Below, piece by piece: positions 26,735-37,100 of a DNA stretch of 64,000 nt. The stretch is from Candidatus Multivoradales bacterium. GTDB taxonomy: Bacteria; Acidobacteriota; Thermoanaerobaculia; Multivoradales; JAHEKO01. The notes beneath the pieces were generated by a model. It was given only the letters and a program-made list of their open reading frames with translations. It searched no databases and had not been told where the DNA came from. A program made the position numbers and the translations under genes. Positions within the stretch are counted from its first letter, which is position 1; each line of letters starts with the position of its first letter. The stretch is taken from positions 384,001 through 448,000 of the forward strand of contig CBDCXM010000009.1 of assembly GCA_965223855.1 (NCBI GenBank). The letters run 5' to 3'.

Positions 26735-28849
26735 ATGCACCACTTCCTTCTCGCGCCGCGGCGCGGAACGCTCTACCTCTTCGCGCCGATCCTCCTGGCC
26801 GCGCTGTCGATCTCTCCCGGTCTCTCCGCTCAGGAGGCCGATGCCGACGACGAGGACACGTCAACGGTCGAAGAGACGATCGACGTCACCGACTCGCTCC
26901 CCTTCCTGCCGACCTCGAACACCGTCGCCTCGAAACTGCCGACCGAGCTGACCTGGACGCCGGCCAACATCGGCGCCGTCAGCGGCACGCTCTTCGAGCA
27001 GCAGGGCGCCGACGTGCTCGGCGACGCGCTCGCCAACGTCAGCGGCGTCAACGTCCAGACCGGCTCCGGAGTGTTCGACTACTTCGTCCTGCGCGGCTTC
27101 GATTCGCTCACCAGCGGGCTGATCCTCACCGACGGCGCGATCGAGCCGGAGACGACCTTCTACCAGCTCTACGACGTCGAGCGGGTGGAGGTGTTCAAGG
27201 GGCCGGCCGGCTTCCTGTACGGCAGCAACCCGCTGGCGGGAGTCGTCAATCTGGTGCGCAAGCGCCCCGTGCCGCATCGGTTCGCCAACTTCGCCGTCGA
27301 GGGCGGCAGCTTCGGCTCTCGCGAGGCGTCGATCGACTTCAACCACGGCAGCGACGAGGGGGCGACCCGATTCCGCCTCAACGGCCTGTGGCGCGAGAGC
27401 GACGGCTACCGCGACGGCCGCGATCGTGAGGTGGTGGCGATTCACCCGACGCTCAGCTGGCGGCCCGACGACCGCCAGCAACTGACCTTCAGCTTCGAGA
27501 GCCTCGACTCCGACTACCGCCCCGACGCCGGGTTGCCGCTCCTCGACAACCAGCTGCCCGACGTTCCACGCGAGCGCTCCTACGCCTCGCCGTTCGACCT
27601 CTCGACGCAACAGGTGACGCGCGGCCAGGTCGACTACGACCGGCAGCTCGACGAGCGCTGGTCGCTGCGCGACAAGCTTTACTACCGCGAGCTCGACTGG
27701 CAGACCCGTGGCACGCTCATCAACGGCGTCCTCGACCTCGGCTTCGGCGATCCGTTCGTCTTCCGCACCCTCTTCGACCTCGACGACCGGCAGACCTTCG
27801 TCGGCAATCAGTTCGAGGTGCTCTTCGCGAGCGAGCGCCATCAGCTGATGGCCGGCGTCGAGATCGGCGACTACGCCGACGACTACACCCTCGACGCCTC
27901 GTTCCTCGACCCGATCGGGCTCTTCATGCCGATCGAGAATCCGGGCGGCGTCCCGATCCCGATCCCGGGCCAGGCGATGAGCGGCGACACCGAGACCCGT
28001 GTCATCGCCCCCTACGTCGTCGATCAGATCCAACTCTCCGACCGCGCCCGACTGACCGTCGGCGCGCGCTTCGACTCGATCGAGTTCGAGGACACGGTCA
28101 GCGGCACCAGCCGCAGCGACGGCGAGCTGAGCCCGCTCCTCGGACTGGTCGTCGCCACCGGCGACGAGTCGTCGATCTACGCCAACGCCGCGCGCTCCTT
28201 CTCGCCCGCCTCGCCGCGGGTGATCGGCGACCGGGAGCCCGAGGAGGGGACGCAGTTCGAACTCGGCTTCCGCCATCACTTCGCCGGCGGCAGGGTTCGA
28301 ACCGTCGTCGCCGCCTATCAGCTCGAACGCGAGAACATCGCCATCCCCGACGACAACGGCTTCACCCAGCAGGCGGGCGATCAGCGCTCCCAGGGGATCG
28401 AGGCGGAGTTCGGCGGCGACTTCGGCTGTGGCATCAACGGCACGTTCTCCTATGCCTACACCGACGCCGAGCTGACCCGGTTCAGCGAGGCGATCTTCCT
28501 CCCGGAGCCGCCGTTCGTGCTCGTTCTCGACCGATCCGGCAACCGTCCGGCGTTTTCGCCCGAACATATGTTCAGCGGCTGGTTGAGCCGCAGGTTCGCC
28601 GGCAACTGGACCGTCGCCGGCGGCGTGCGCTGGCTCGACGACCAGTTCATCGCCGAGGACAACGCGGCGGTGATCGACTCCCACACGGTGGTCGACGCGA
28701 TGGTGGCCTACGACTTCGACCGCTGGAGGATCGCGCTGGACCTCGACAACCTGACCGACGAAACCTACGAGACCCGCGGTTTCGGCTCCTTCTCGGTAAT
28801 CCCGGCGGAGCCGTTCTCCGCGAGCGTGAGGGTCGAGCTCCGGCGCTGA
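26735..28849 (+). CDS. TonB-dependent outer-membrane receptor
   Basis: VEETIDVT TonB-box-like segment, plug VERVEVFKGPAGFLYG...GVVNLVRK, terminal DNLTDETY beta-barrel end. Confidence 0.92.
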   Translation: MHHFLLAPRRGTLYLFAPILLAALSISPGLSAQEADADDEDTSTVEETIDVTDSLPFLPTSNTVASKLPTELTWTPANIGAVSGTLFEQQGADVLGDALANVSGVNVQTGSGVFDYFVLRGFDSLTSGLILTDGAIEPETTFYQLYDVERVEVFKGPAGFLYGSNPLAGVVNLVRKRPVPHRFANFAVEGGSFGSREASIDFNHGSDEGATRFRLNGLWRESDGYRDGRDREVVAIHPTLSWRPDDRQQLTFSFESLDSDYRPDAGLPLLDNQLPDVPRERSYASPFDLSTQQVTRGQVDYDRQLDERWSLRDKLYYRELDWQTRGTLINGVLDLGFGDPFVFRTLFDLDDRQTFVGNQFEVLFASERHQLMAGVEIGDYADDYTLDASFLDPIGLFMPIENPGGVPIPIPGQAMSGDTETRVIAPYVVDQIQLSDRARLTVGARFDSIEFEDTVSGTSRSDGELSPLLGLVVATGDESSIYANAARSFSPASPRVIGDREPEEGTQFELGFRHHFAGGRVRTVVAAYQLERENIAIPDDNGFTQQAGDQRSQGIEAEFGGDFGCGINGTFSYAYTDAELTRFSEAIFLPEPPFVLVLDRSGNRPAFSPEHMFSGWLSRRFAGNWTVAGGVRWLDDQFIAEDNAAVIDSHTVVDAMVAYDFDRWRIALDLDNLTDETYETRGFGSFSVIPAEPFSASVRVELRR

Positions 28850-28880
28850 TACGAGAACACGAGACACGAGTGAGATCGCC

Positions 28881-30119
28881 ATGAAGACGAACTACGACGC
28901 CGTCGTCATCGGCGGCGGCCCCGCGGGCTCGACCGCCGCCACCGTGCTGGCCCAGCACGGCCGCAGCGTCGCTCTCTACGAGCGCTCGGCGACCCCGCAA
29001 TTCAAGGTCGGCGAGTCGCTGATGCCGGCGACCTACTGGATCTTCGAGCGCCTCGGCGTGCTCGACAAGGTGCGCGCGACCTCGTTCCCGCAGAAGCGCA
29101 GCGTCCAGTTCGTCAACTCCGACGGCGACGAGTCGAAGCCGTTCTACTTCCACGAGTTCCGCGACGAAGAGAGCTCGCAGACGTGGCAGGTGAAGCGCAG
29201 CGAGTTCGATGCGCTGCTCGTCGACAACGCGCGCGAGCACGGTGTCGATGTCGCCTGGGGAACGGCGGTGCGAGAGGTGCGCTTCGACGGCGAACGCGCC
29301 GTCGGCGTCACGATCGACCGCGACGGTGAGCCGATCGACGTCGATGCCGGCGTCGTGATCGACGCGAGCGGCCAGAGTGCGTTGATCTCGCGTCGCCTCG
29401 GCCTGCGCGAGTTCGAGCCGAACCTGCGCAACGTCGCCTACTACTCACACTTCGAGGGAGCGCGACTCGACGAGGGGATCGACGGCGGCGCGACGATCAT
29501 CTTCCGCACCTCCGACAGCAAGGCGTGGTTCTGGCTCATCCCGCAGCCGGACGGCATCGCCAGCGTCGGTGTCGTCGGCGGTGTCGATCACCTGGTCGAG
29601 GGACGCGGCGGCGATCCTCAGAAGGTGTTCGAGGAGGAGCTGACGCGTTGCCCGCGGCTCGCCGAGCGGCTGACCGAGGCTCGGCAGACGATGGAGATGA
29701 AGGCGATCCGCGACTTCTCCTACCACTCGCGCCACGCCGCGGGAGACGGCTGGGTGCTGGTCGGTGACGCCTTCGGCTTCATCGACCCGATCTACTCGAG
29801 CGGCGTCTTCCTGGCGATGAAGTCGGGCGAGATGGCCGCAGACGCGATCCAGGAGGCGCTCGCGGCCGACGACACCTCCGCCGCCCGGCTGGGAGCGTTC
29901 GAGAGCGAGCTGCGGCGCGGCACGGAGGCGCTTCGTCAGCTCGTCTACGCCTACTACGACCCGGACTTCTCCGTCGCCGAGTTCCTCGGCCGCTATCCGC
30001 GCTTCCGCAAGGACCTGACCGAGATGCTGATCGGCAACGTCTACCGGGTGCCGATCGACGACTTCGTCGCCGCCCTCGTCGAGCATCGCGAACACACCGC
30101 CGCCGGGGTCGCTTCTTGA
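28881..30119 (+). CDS. Flavin-dependent halogenase-like oxidoreductase
   Basis: GGGPAG, KVGESL, FPQK, WFWLIP (WxWxIP), GDAFGFIDPIYSSGV. Confidence 0.85.
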   Translation: MKTNYDAVVIGGGPAGSTAATVLAQHGRSVALYERSATPQFKVGESLMPATYWIFERLGVLDKVRATSFPQKRSVQFVNSDGDESKPFYFHEFRDEESSQTWQVKRSEFDALLVDNAREHGVDVAWGTAVREVRFDGERAVGVTIDRDGEPIDVDAGVVIDASGQSALISRRLGLREFEPNLRNVAYYSHFEGARLDEGIDGGATIIFRTSDSKAWFWLIPQPDGIASVGVVGGVDHLVEGRGGDPQKVFEEELTRCPRLAERLTEARQTMEMKAIRDFSYHSRHAAGDGWVLVGDAFGFIDPIYSSGVFLAMKSGEMAADAIQEALAADDTSAARLGAFESELRRGTEALRQLVYAYYDPDFSVAEFLGRYPRFRKDLTEMLIGNVYRVPIDDFVAALVEHREHTAAGVAS

Positions 30120-30304
30120 GTCGCGGCCGCGGCCTCTGGATCGCGGCGATCGTGCTGGCGGTGCTGCGCGCCGACCTGTGGTGGTGGCACGAGCCGAGGC
30201 TCGTCCTCGGACTGCCGATCGGCCTCGCCTACCAGGTCGGCTTCTGTCTTCTCGCCGCCGGCGTCATGGCGCTGCTGGCGCGACGACTGCTGCCTGAAGC
30301 ATGA
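30116..30304 (+). CDS. Small two-helix membrane protein (DUF3311-like symporter partner)
   Basis: TTG start coupled on both sides; DLWWWHEPRLVLGLPIGLAYQ; directly precedes an SSS gene. Confidence 0.75.
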   Translation: MSRGRGLWIAAIVLAVLRADLWWWHEPRLVLGLPIGLAYQVGFCLLAAGVMALLARRLLPEA

Positions 30305-31761
30305 CGCTGGCGATCATCGCCGGCTATCTGCTGCTCGTCCTCGGGGTCGGGTGGTGGAGCTCGCGCGCCTTCCGCGGCACGGGCGAGGACTACTTCGTCG
30401 CCACCCGCAGCATCGGCGCGTTACTGCTGCTGGCGTCGCTCTTCGGCACCAACATGACGTCGTTCTCGCTGCTCGGCGCCTCCGGCGAGGCCTACCGGCG
30501 CGGCATCGGAGTCTTCGGCCTCATGGCGTCTTCGACCGCGCTGGTGGCGCCGCTGGTGCTGCTCACCCTCGCTCCGCGCGCCTGGGAGCTCGGCCGCCGC
30601 AACGGCTATCGCACCCAGGTCGAGCTGGTGCGCGATCGCTGGGGGTCGGACACCCTGGGGACGGTGCTCTTCGCCTTTCAGGTGGTCCTGCTGGTGCCGT
30701 ATCTGATGATCGGCATCAAGGGGGGCGGCATCACCCTCGCGCAGATCACCGAGGGAACGGTGCCCGAGTGGGGAGGCTCGCTCGTGATGGTGCTGGTGGT
30801 GCTCGCCTACGTCACCATCGGCGGGCTGCGCGGCACCGCGTGGGCGAACGCGCTGCAGACGATCGTCTTCATGACCCTGGGCGCCCTCACGTTCGTGATC
30901 GTGGTGCACAACTTCGGCGGGCTCACCGCCGCCTTCCAGCGGGTCGCCGAGGCCGAGCCGGCCCTTCTGGTGCGCGGCGAGCGGATCACGCCGGCCGAGT
31001 TCCTCGGCTACCTGGCGGTGCCGCTGTCGGCGGTCGGGTTCCCGCACCTCTTCCTCCACTGGCTGACGGCACGCGATCGGGCGAGCTTCCGGCTGCCGGT
31101 GATCGCCTACCCGCTGTGCCTCGCCGCGGTGTGGCTGCCGAGCGTGTCGATCGGCGTCCTCGGGGCGGTCGACTTCCCCGGCCTCGAGGGGCCGCAGTCG
31201 AACTCGGTGCTGATCCTGATGATCGGCGAGCACGCGCCGGCGGTGCTGGCCGGCTTTCTCGCCGCCGGCGTGCTCGCCGCGGTGATGTCGTCGCTCGACT
31301 CACAGAGTCTCGCGCTCGCCAACATGTTCACGCGCGACGTCGTGAAACACTACCGGGGCGGCCTGAGCGACCGACTCGAGGTGCTCGCCGGCCGCGGTTT
31401 CGTGGTGCTGGTGCTGGCCGTGACCTTCGTGCTCTCCATCGTCGTCGACCGCAGTCTCTTCCGCCTCGGCGTGTGGTCGTTCAGCGGCTTCGCCGCGCTC
31501 ACCCCACTGATGGTGGGCGCGCTCTTCTGGCGTCGCTGCACCCTCGCCGGTGCCGCCGCCTCGCTCGCCGCCGCCATCGGCACCTGGAGCGTCTTCTTCG
31601 CCCAGGGCCACGACGTTCCCGGGTTCAAGGTCGCCGGAGTGCCGCCGGTGGTGATCGTCCTCGGCGCAGCGGCCGTCGCGCTCGTCGCCGGCTCGTGGAT
31701 CGGACGCACCGGAGACGAGCGCGTCGAGCGCTTCTTCCCGGCGGACGGAGATCAGGTTTGA
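30301..31761 (+). CDS. Sodium:solute symporter (SSS) family protein
   Basis: EDYFVATRSIG, YVTIGGLRGTAW, AAVMSSLDS; about 13 TM helices. Confidence 0.92.
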   Translation: MTLAIIAGYLLLVLGVGWWSSRAFRGTGEDYFVATRSIGALLLLASLFGTNMTSFSLLGASGEAYRRGIGVFGLMASSTALVAPLVLLTLAPRAWELGRRNGYRTQVELVRDRWGSDTLGTVLFAFQVVLLVPYLMIGIKGGGITLAQITEGTVPEWGGSLVMVLVVLAYVTIGGLRGTAWANALQTIVFMTLGALTFVIVVHNFGGLTAAFQRVAEAEPALLVRGERITPAEFLGYLAVPLSAVGFPHLFLHWLTARDRASFRLPVIAYPLCLAAVWLPSVSIGVLGAVDFPGLEGPQSNSVLILMIGEHAPAVLAGFLAAGVLAAVMSSLDSQSLALANMFTRDVVKHYRGGLSDRLEVLAGRGFVVLVLAVTFVLSIVVDRSLFRLGVWSFSGFAALTPLMVGALFWRRCTLAGAAASLAAAIGTWSVFFAQGHDVPGFKVAGVPPVVIVLGAAAVALVAGSWIGRTGDERVERFFPADGDQV

Positions 31762-31774
31762 GGGGGGAGCGGGC

Positions 31775-33094
31775 ATGAGGATCGCCTACATCGCCGCCGG
31801 CGCCGGGGGGATGTACTGCGGCAGCTGCCTCCACGACAACGCGCTCGCCGCCGCCCTGCAGCGCGCGGGTCACGACGTGGCGCTCCTGCCGACCTACACG
31901 CCGCTCAAGACCGACGAAGCGAACGTCAGCGACGAGCGGGTCTTCTACGGTGCGCTCAACGTCTACCTGCAGCAGAAGTCGAAGCTCTTCCGCCGCACCC
32001 CGCGATTTCTCGACCGGCTGCTCGACAGCCGGCGACTGCTCGGCTGGATCTCGAAGCTCGGTGCCTCGACCGACCCGAGCGAGCTCGGCGACCTGACGCT
32101 CGACATGCTGCGCGGTGAAGAGGGGGCGCAAGCCAAGGAGCTCGATCGCCTCGTCACCTGGCTGGCCGACGACTACCGCCCCGAGATCGTCGTCCTTACC
32201 AACTCGCTGCTGCTCGGTCTCGCGAAGCGTCTCAAGGAGACGCTGGGTGTGCCGGTGGTGGTCGTCCTCCAGGGAGAGGATCTCTTCGTCGACGGTCTGA
32301 AGGAGCCGTTGCGCGAAGCGGTGCGCGCCGAGATGCAGCGCCGCGCCGCCGACCCCGACCTGTTCCTCGCACCGAGCCGCTACTACGCCGGCCTGATGGC
32401 CCAGCGGCTCGCCGTTGCCGAGCAGCGGATCGCCGTCGTGCCGCTCGGCATCGAGCTCACCGACTATCGCAAAGCGCCGCCCCGGGAAGGGCCGCCGACG
32501 ATCGGCTTCCTCGCCCGCAACGCGCCGGAGAAGGGGCTCCACAACCTGATCGAGGCCTTCGTCACCCTCGCCGAGCGGGACAAGACGCTGCGCCTGCGGA
32601 TCGCCGGCTACCAGAGTGCGGTCGATCGCGACTACATCGACGAGCAACGACGGACGGTGCGCGATGCCGGTCTCGACGACCGGGTCGAGTTTCTGGGGGA
32701 GATCGACCGCGACGCGAAGCTCGCCTTCCTGCACTCGATCGATCTGCTCTGCGTGCCGACCACCTACGCCGAGCCGAAGGGGCGCTTCGTGCTCGAAGCG
32801 ATGGCGAGCGGCGTCCCGGTGCTCGTTCCCGACCATGGGTCGTTCCCGGAGCTGATCGAATCGACCGGCGGCGGCGCCCTGTGCGAGCCGCAGTCTCCGA
32901 CCGCGTTGGTGACGTCTCTGGAGGCACTCCTCGCCGACCGGGACGAGCGGGGGCGGCTCGCCGCTCGCGGGCACGAGTCGGTGCATCGCGACCGCGGCGC
33001 CGACGCCATGGCCGTCGCCACTGCCCGGGTCCTCGAGGCGCTGCTGACACAGGCGGCTCCGGAGGCGGAGCTGCCGGTGGAGAAGAGCGCTTGA
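31775..33094 (+). CDS. Glycosyltransferase family 4 protein with an N-terminal CxxC
   Basis: GAGGMYCGSCLHDN, PEKGLHNL, EPKGRFVLEAMASGVPV (Ex7E). Confidence 0.88.
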   Translation: MRIAYIAAGAGGMYCGSCLHDNALAAALQRAGHDVALLPTYTPLKTDEANVSDERVFYGALNVYLQQKSKLFRRTPRFLDRLLDSRRLLGWISKLGASTDPSELGDLTLDMLRGEEGAQAKELDRLVTWLADDYRPEIVVLTNSLLLGLAKRLKETLGVPVVVVLQGEDLFVDGLKEPLREAVRAEMQRRAADPDLFLAPSRYYAGLMAQRLAVAEQRIAVVPLGIELTDYRKAPPREGPPTIGFLARNAPEKGLHNLIEAFVTLAERDKTLRLRIAGYQSAVDRDYIDEQRRTVRDAGLDDRVEFLGEIDRDAKLAFLHSIDLLCVPTTYAEPKGRFVLEAMASGVPVLVPDHGSFPELIESTGGGALCEPQSPTALVTSLEALLADRDERGRLAARGHESVHRDRGADAMAVATARVLEALLTQAAPEAELPVEKSA

Positions 33095-33525
33095 GCGAGC
33101 CGATCTCGGAGTTCCGGACCCGCCGCCGGGTCGAATTCGCCGACACCGATCTCGCCGGCCTGGTGCACTTCGCCCGCTTCTTCGTCTTCATGGAGACCGC
33201 CGAGCACGAGCTGCTGCGCTCACTCGGCACCGAGGTCCACCGCCAGTGGGAGGGCCACGAGATCGGCTGGCCGCGGGTCAAAGCGACCTGCGAGTATCGC
33301 AAGGCGGCGCGCTTCGCCGACGTGCTCGACATCACCGTCACGATCGCCCGCAAGGGCGAGCGGTCGATGACCTACCGGATCGAGTTCAGCCGCGACGGCG
33401 AGCGGATCGCGGTCGGCGAGACGACCGCTGTGTGTTGCGTCGTCGACGAGCCCGGCGGTCCCCGCTCGATCCCGATCCCCTCCGATATCGCCGATCGGCT
33501 GGTGGAGACGGGGAGTTCCGCGTGA
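33091..33525 (+). CDS. Acyl-CoA thioesterase (hot-dog fold)
   Basis: TTG start overlapping the upstream TGA; RVEFADTDLAGLVHFARFFVFMETAEH. Confidence 0.88.
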   Translation: MSEPISEFRTRRRVEFADTDLAGLVHFARFFVFMETAEHELLRSLGTEVHRQWEGHEIGWPRVKATCEYRKAARFADVLDITVTIARKGERSMTYRIEFSRDGERIAVGETTAVCCVVDEPGGPRSIPIPSDIADRLVETGSSA

Positions 33526-34196
33526 GTCGCCTGGTGCTGGAAGCGGTGACCAAGACCTTCGGCGACGGGCCGACGGCCGTGGAGGTGCTGCGCGGAGTCG
33601 ATCTCGCCCTCGACGCCGACGACAGCGTCGCCGTCACCGGGCCGTCGGGCTCCGGCAAGAGCACGCTGCTCCACATCGTCGGCACCCTCGAGGCACCGAC
33701 GTCGGGGCGGGTCGTCCTCGACGGCGAGGACCCGTTCACCCGTCGCGATACGGAGCTGGCGCGCTACCGCAACCGCACGGTCGGCTTCGTCTTCCAGGAT
33801 CACCACCTGCTCCCCCAGTACACCGTGCTCGAGAACGTGCTGCTGCCGACCCTCGCCTTCCCGCCGGCCGACGAGGAGGCTGAAGATCGGGCTCGCGAGC
33901 TCCTGGAGCGGGTCGGCCTCGGACACCGGCTCGGGCATCGCCCGGCGGAGATCTCGGGCGGCGAACGGCAGCGTGCCGCGGTGGCGAGAGCGCTGGTGCA
34001 GCAGCCGACGCTGCTCTTGTGTGACGAGCCGACCGGGAATCTCGATCACGCCAACGCCATGTCGGTCGCCGATCTGCTGCTCGAGCTGCAACGCGAGATG
34101 GAGGCGCTGCTGGTCGTCGTCACCCACAGTGACGAGCTGGCGGCGCGCTTCGCTCGTCGGGTCCGGCTCGCCGAAGGCCGATGCGTCGCAGCCTGA
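33522..34196 (+). CDS. ABC transporter ATP-binding protein (LolD/MacB-like)
   Basis: GTGA coupling; GPSGSGKST, ISGGERQR, LLCDEPTGNLD, VTH. Confidence 0.93.
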   Translation: MSRLVLEAVTKTFGDGPTAVEVLRGVDLALDADDSVAVTGPSGSGKSTLLHIVGTLEAPTSGRVVLDGEDPFTRRDTELARYRNRTVGFVFQDHHLLPQYTVLENVLLPTLAFPPADEEAEDRARELLERVGLGHRLGHRPAEISGGERQRAAVARALVQQPTLLLCDEPTGNLDHANAMSVADLLLELQREMEALLVVVTHSDELAARFARRVRLAEGRCVAA

Positions 34197-37100
34197 CCCA
34201 CTACCGGCGCACTCATCTCGCCGTCCTCGCCGCCGCTGCGGTGACGACCGCGGTCCTCACCGGTGCCCTGCTGGTCGGCGACTCGCTACGCGGCAGCCTG
34301 CGCGAGCTCGCCCTCGGCCGGCTCGGTAAGGTCGACTGGGCGGTCCTGGCGGAGCGCCCGTTCCGGCAGCGGCTCGCCGGCGAACTGGCGGTTCTCGACG
34401 GTGTGACGGCAGTCCCCGCTCTGACGGTCCGCGGTTCGGCGACCGCCGCCGAAAGCGGCGCCCGAGCCAGCACCGTGGCGCTGTGGGGAGTGCCCGAGAG
34501 CTTCGGCGAGCTCCAACCTGAGCTGGCCGCTCTCGATCTCGCCGCACGCAGCGGACCCTTCCCGTCGGCCGCCGTCAGCCACGCCCTCGCGACCGAGCTG
34601 GGAGTCGAACCCGGCTCCCAGCTGGTGCTTTCGTTCCAACGGCCGAGCGACGTACCACGCGAGACGATCGTCGGGCGCGACGACACCGACGACACCATCG
34701 AGACGCTGCGCGTCACGGTCACCGACGTCCTTCCCGATCGTGGCGCAGGCGGCTTCGGCCTCGAGCCGAGTCAGGGCAGGCCGCTGACGGTCTACGTCGC
34801 TCTCGACAGGCTCCAGCGCGCGCTCCTCGGCCGCGGCTCCGACCGCGTCAATGCAGTCCTCGGGGCCGGTGGCACGACGCAGGCCGTCGAGGCCGCGTTG
34901 CCGGGGCTCCTCGACCTCGACGACCTCGGTCTGAAGCTGCGCCAAGCTCCCGAGGCGGTGACGGTGGAGAGCCGACAGTTCGTCCTCGATCCACAGCGCG
35001 AGGCGGCCATCGAGGAGGCGGCGCGGAGCCTGGGTTCGCCGACGATGCCGGTCCTCACCTACATGGCGAACGCACTGAGCGCAGGGGAACGCTCGGTGCC
35101 CTACTCGACGATCTCGGCGCTCGACGCTCCCGGCGATCCGGCACTGGGCAGGCTGACTCTCGTCGACGGCCGATCCGCCCCCCGGCTCACCGACTCGCAG
35201 ATCCTGCTCGACGCCTGGAGCGCCGCCGAGCTCGAGGCGGAACCGGGCGACACCGTGACGGTCGAGTACTACCAGCTCGGAGCGTTCGACGAGCTGACGA
35301 CCGTCGAACATGCCTTCGAGCTCGCCGGGATCGTCGCCATGGAAGGGCTGGCGACCGACCGCGACCTCACGCCCGAGTTCCCGGGCATCGAGGACGCCGA
35401 CGACATCTCGGCCTGGGATCCGCCCTTCCCCGTCGATCTGGACACGATCCGACCGCAGGACGAAGCGTACTGGGACGACTACCGGGCCGCCCCCAAGGCA
35501 TTCGTCGGCCTCGAGCTCGGCAAGCGCCTGTGGCAGAGCCGCTTCGGCACCCTCACCGGACTGCGGGTCGGCCTGGGGGCGAGCCAGCCGGACTGGGAGG
35601 ACGCGGGCGTCGGTGCCTTCACCGCCGCGCTCGTAGAACGCCTCTCCCCCGCCGCCGCCGGCTTCGGCGTCCACCCGCTGCGCGATGCCGCCACCCGGGC
35701 GGCGAGCGGAGCGACCGATTTCGCCGGACTGTTCCTGGGTTTGAGCATGTTCCTGATCGCTTCCGCGGCACTGGTGGTCGGCCTGGTGTTCCGGCTCGGC
35801 GTCGAGCAGCGGGCGCGCGAGATCGGCCTGCTGCGCGCGGTCGGCTTCCCCGCCGGCCGGGTGCGACGGCGCTTCCTCGGCGAGGGGCTGGCGATCGCCG
35901 CCCTCGGCGCCCTCCTCGGCAGCCTCGGAGGAATCGCCTACGCATGGGCGCTGCTGGCGGGGCTGCGCACCTGGTGGCTGCCGGCGATCGGCGAGCCGGT
36001 GCTGTTCCTTCATCTGCGAGCGGTAACGCTCGTCATCGGCGCGCTCGCCGCCATGGCGGTCATCGCAGTCGCGATCCTCGCCGCGCTGCGACGGCTCGGA
36101 CGCCAGTCGACGGTCGGCCTGCTCGCCGGCAGCGTCGCCGGCGCGCGGCCGAGCGGCTCGCGCAAGCCGCTGCTGGTGGCTGCCGCGGCTCTCGGGCTGG
36201 CCGTCGCGGCGACCGCTTTCGCCGCGACCCTCGATGCACGTGAGGCGGCGGGTCTCGCCTTCGTCGTCGGTGCGCTGCTACTGGTCGCCGGTATCGCCGC
36301 CTTCGCCTGGAGGAGCGGCCGCGCGGCGACCTCCCCCAATCGCCTCGGTACCGGCAGCACCTTCGCCGTGGCGGCCCGCGACAGCGCTCGCTCCCGCGGC
36401 CGCAGTCTTCTGAGCGTTGCACTCATGTCGTCGGCGGCGTTCGTCATCGTGGTCGTTGCCGCCAACCGTGTGCACGCCCCCGTCGACGTCCGCGAGCGGA
36501 CTTCGGGCGCAGGCGGTTTCACCCTCGTCGCCGAGGCCGACGTACCGATTCTCGGCACCCTCGAGGGCGAGGGAGAGGCGGTGGCGACGCTCCTCGACGG
36601 CGTCGAGACGGTGCCGTTCCGCCTGCTGCCGGGCGAGGACGTGTCGTGTCTCAACCTCTACAAGCCGGAGCGGCCGCGCCTGCTCGGCGTACCGCCGGCG
36701 ATGCAGGAACGGGGCGGCTTCACCTTCCAGCAGACGAGCGTCGAGACCGAGGATCCGTGGTCGCTCCTCGACCTCGAGCTCGAGGACGGGGTGATCCCCG
36801 CCTTCGGCGATGCGAACTCGGTGCTTTGGATCCTCCACTCCGGCCTCGGCCAGGACCTCGAGCTCGAGAACGAGCGTGGGGAGCCGATCCGGCTGCGCTT
36901 CGTCGGTCTGCTGTCGAAGAGCGTCTTTCAGAGTGAGGTGCTGATCGGCGAGGAGGCGTTCCGGCGCCACTTCCCGAGCCGCTCCGGCTACGCCTGGTTC
37001 CTGCTCGATGCGCCGCCCGATCGCGCACCGCAGCTGGCGACCGATCTCGAGCAGCAGCTCTCGCGCCACGGCTTCGACGCGGTCTCGACCGCCGAGCGGC

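Noticed and set aside
28850-28872. Three ACGAG repeats between the TonB receptor and halogenase-like genes
   Set aside because: Too short and irregular to support a regulatory call.
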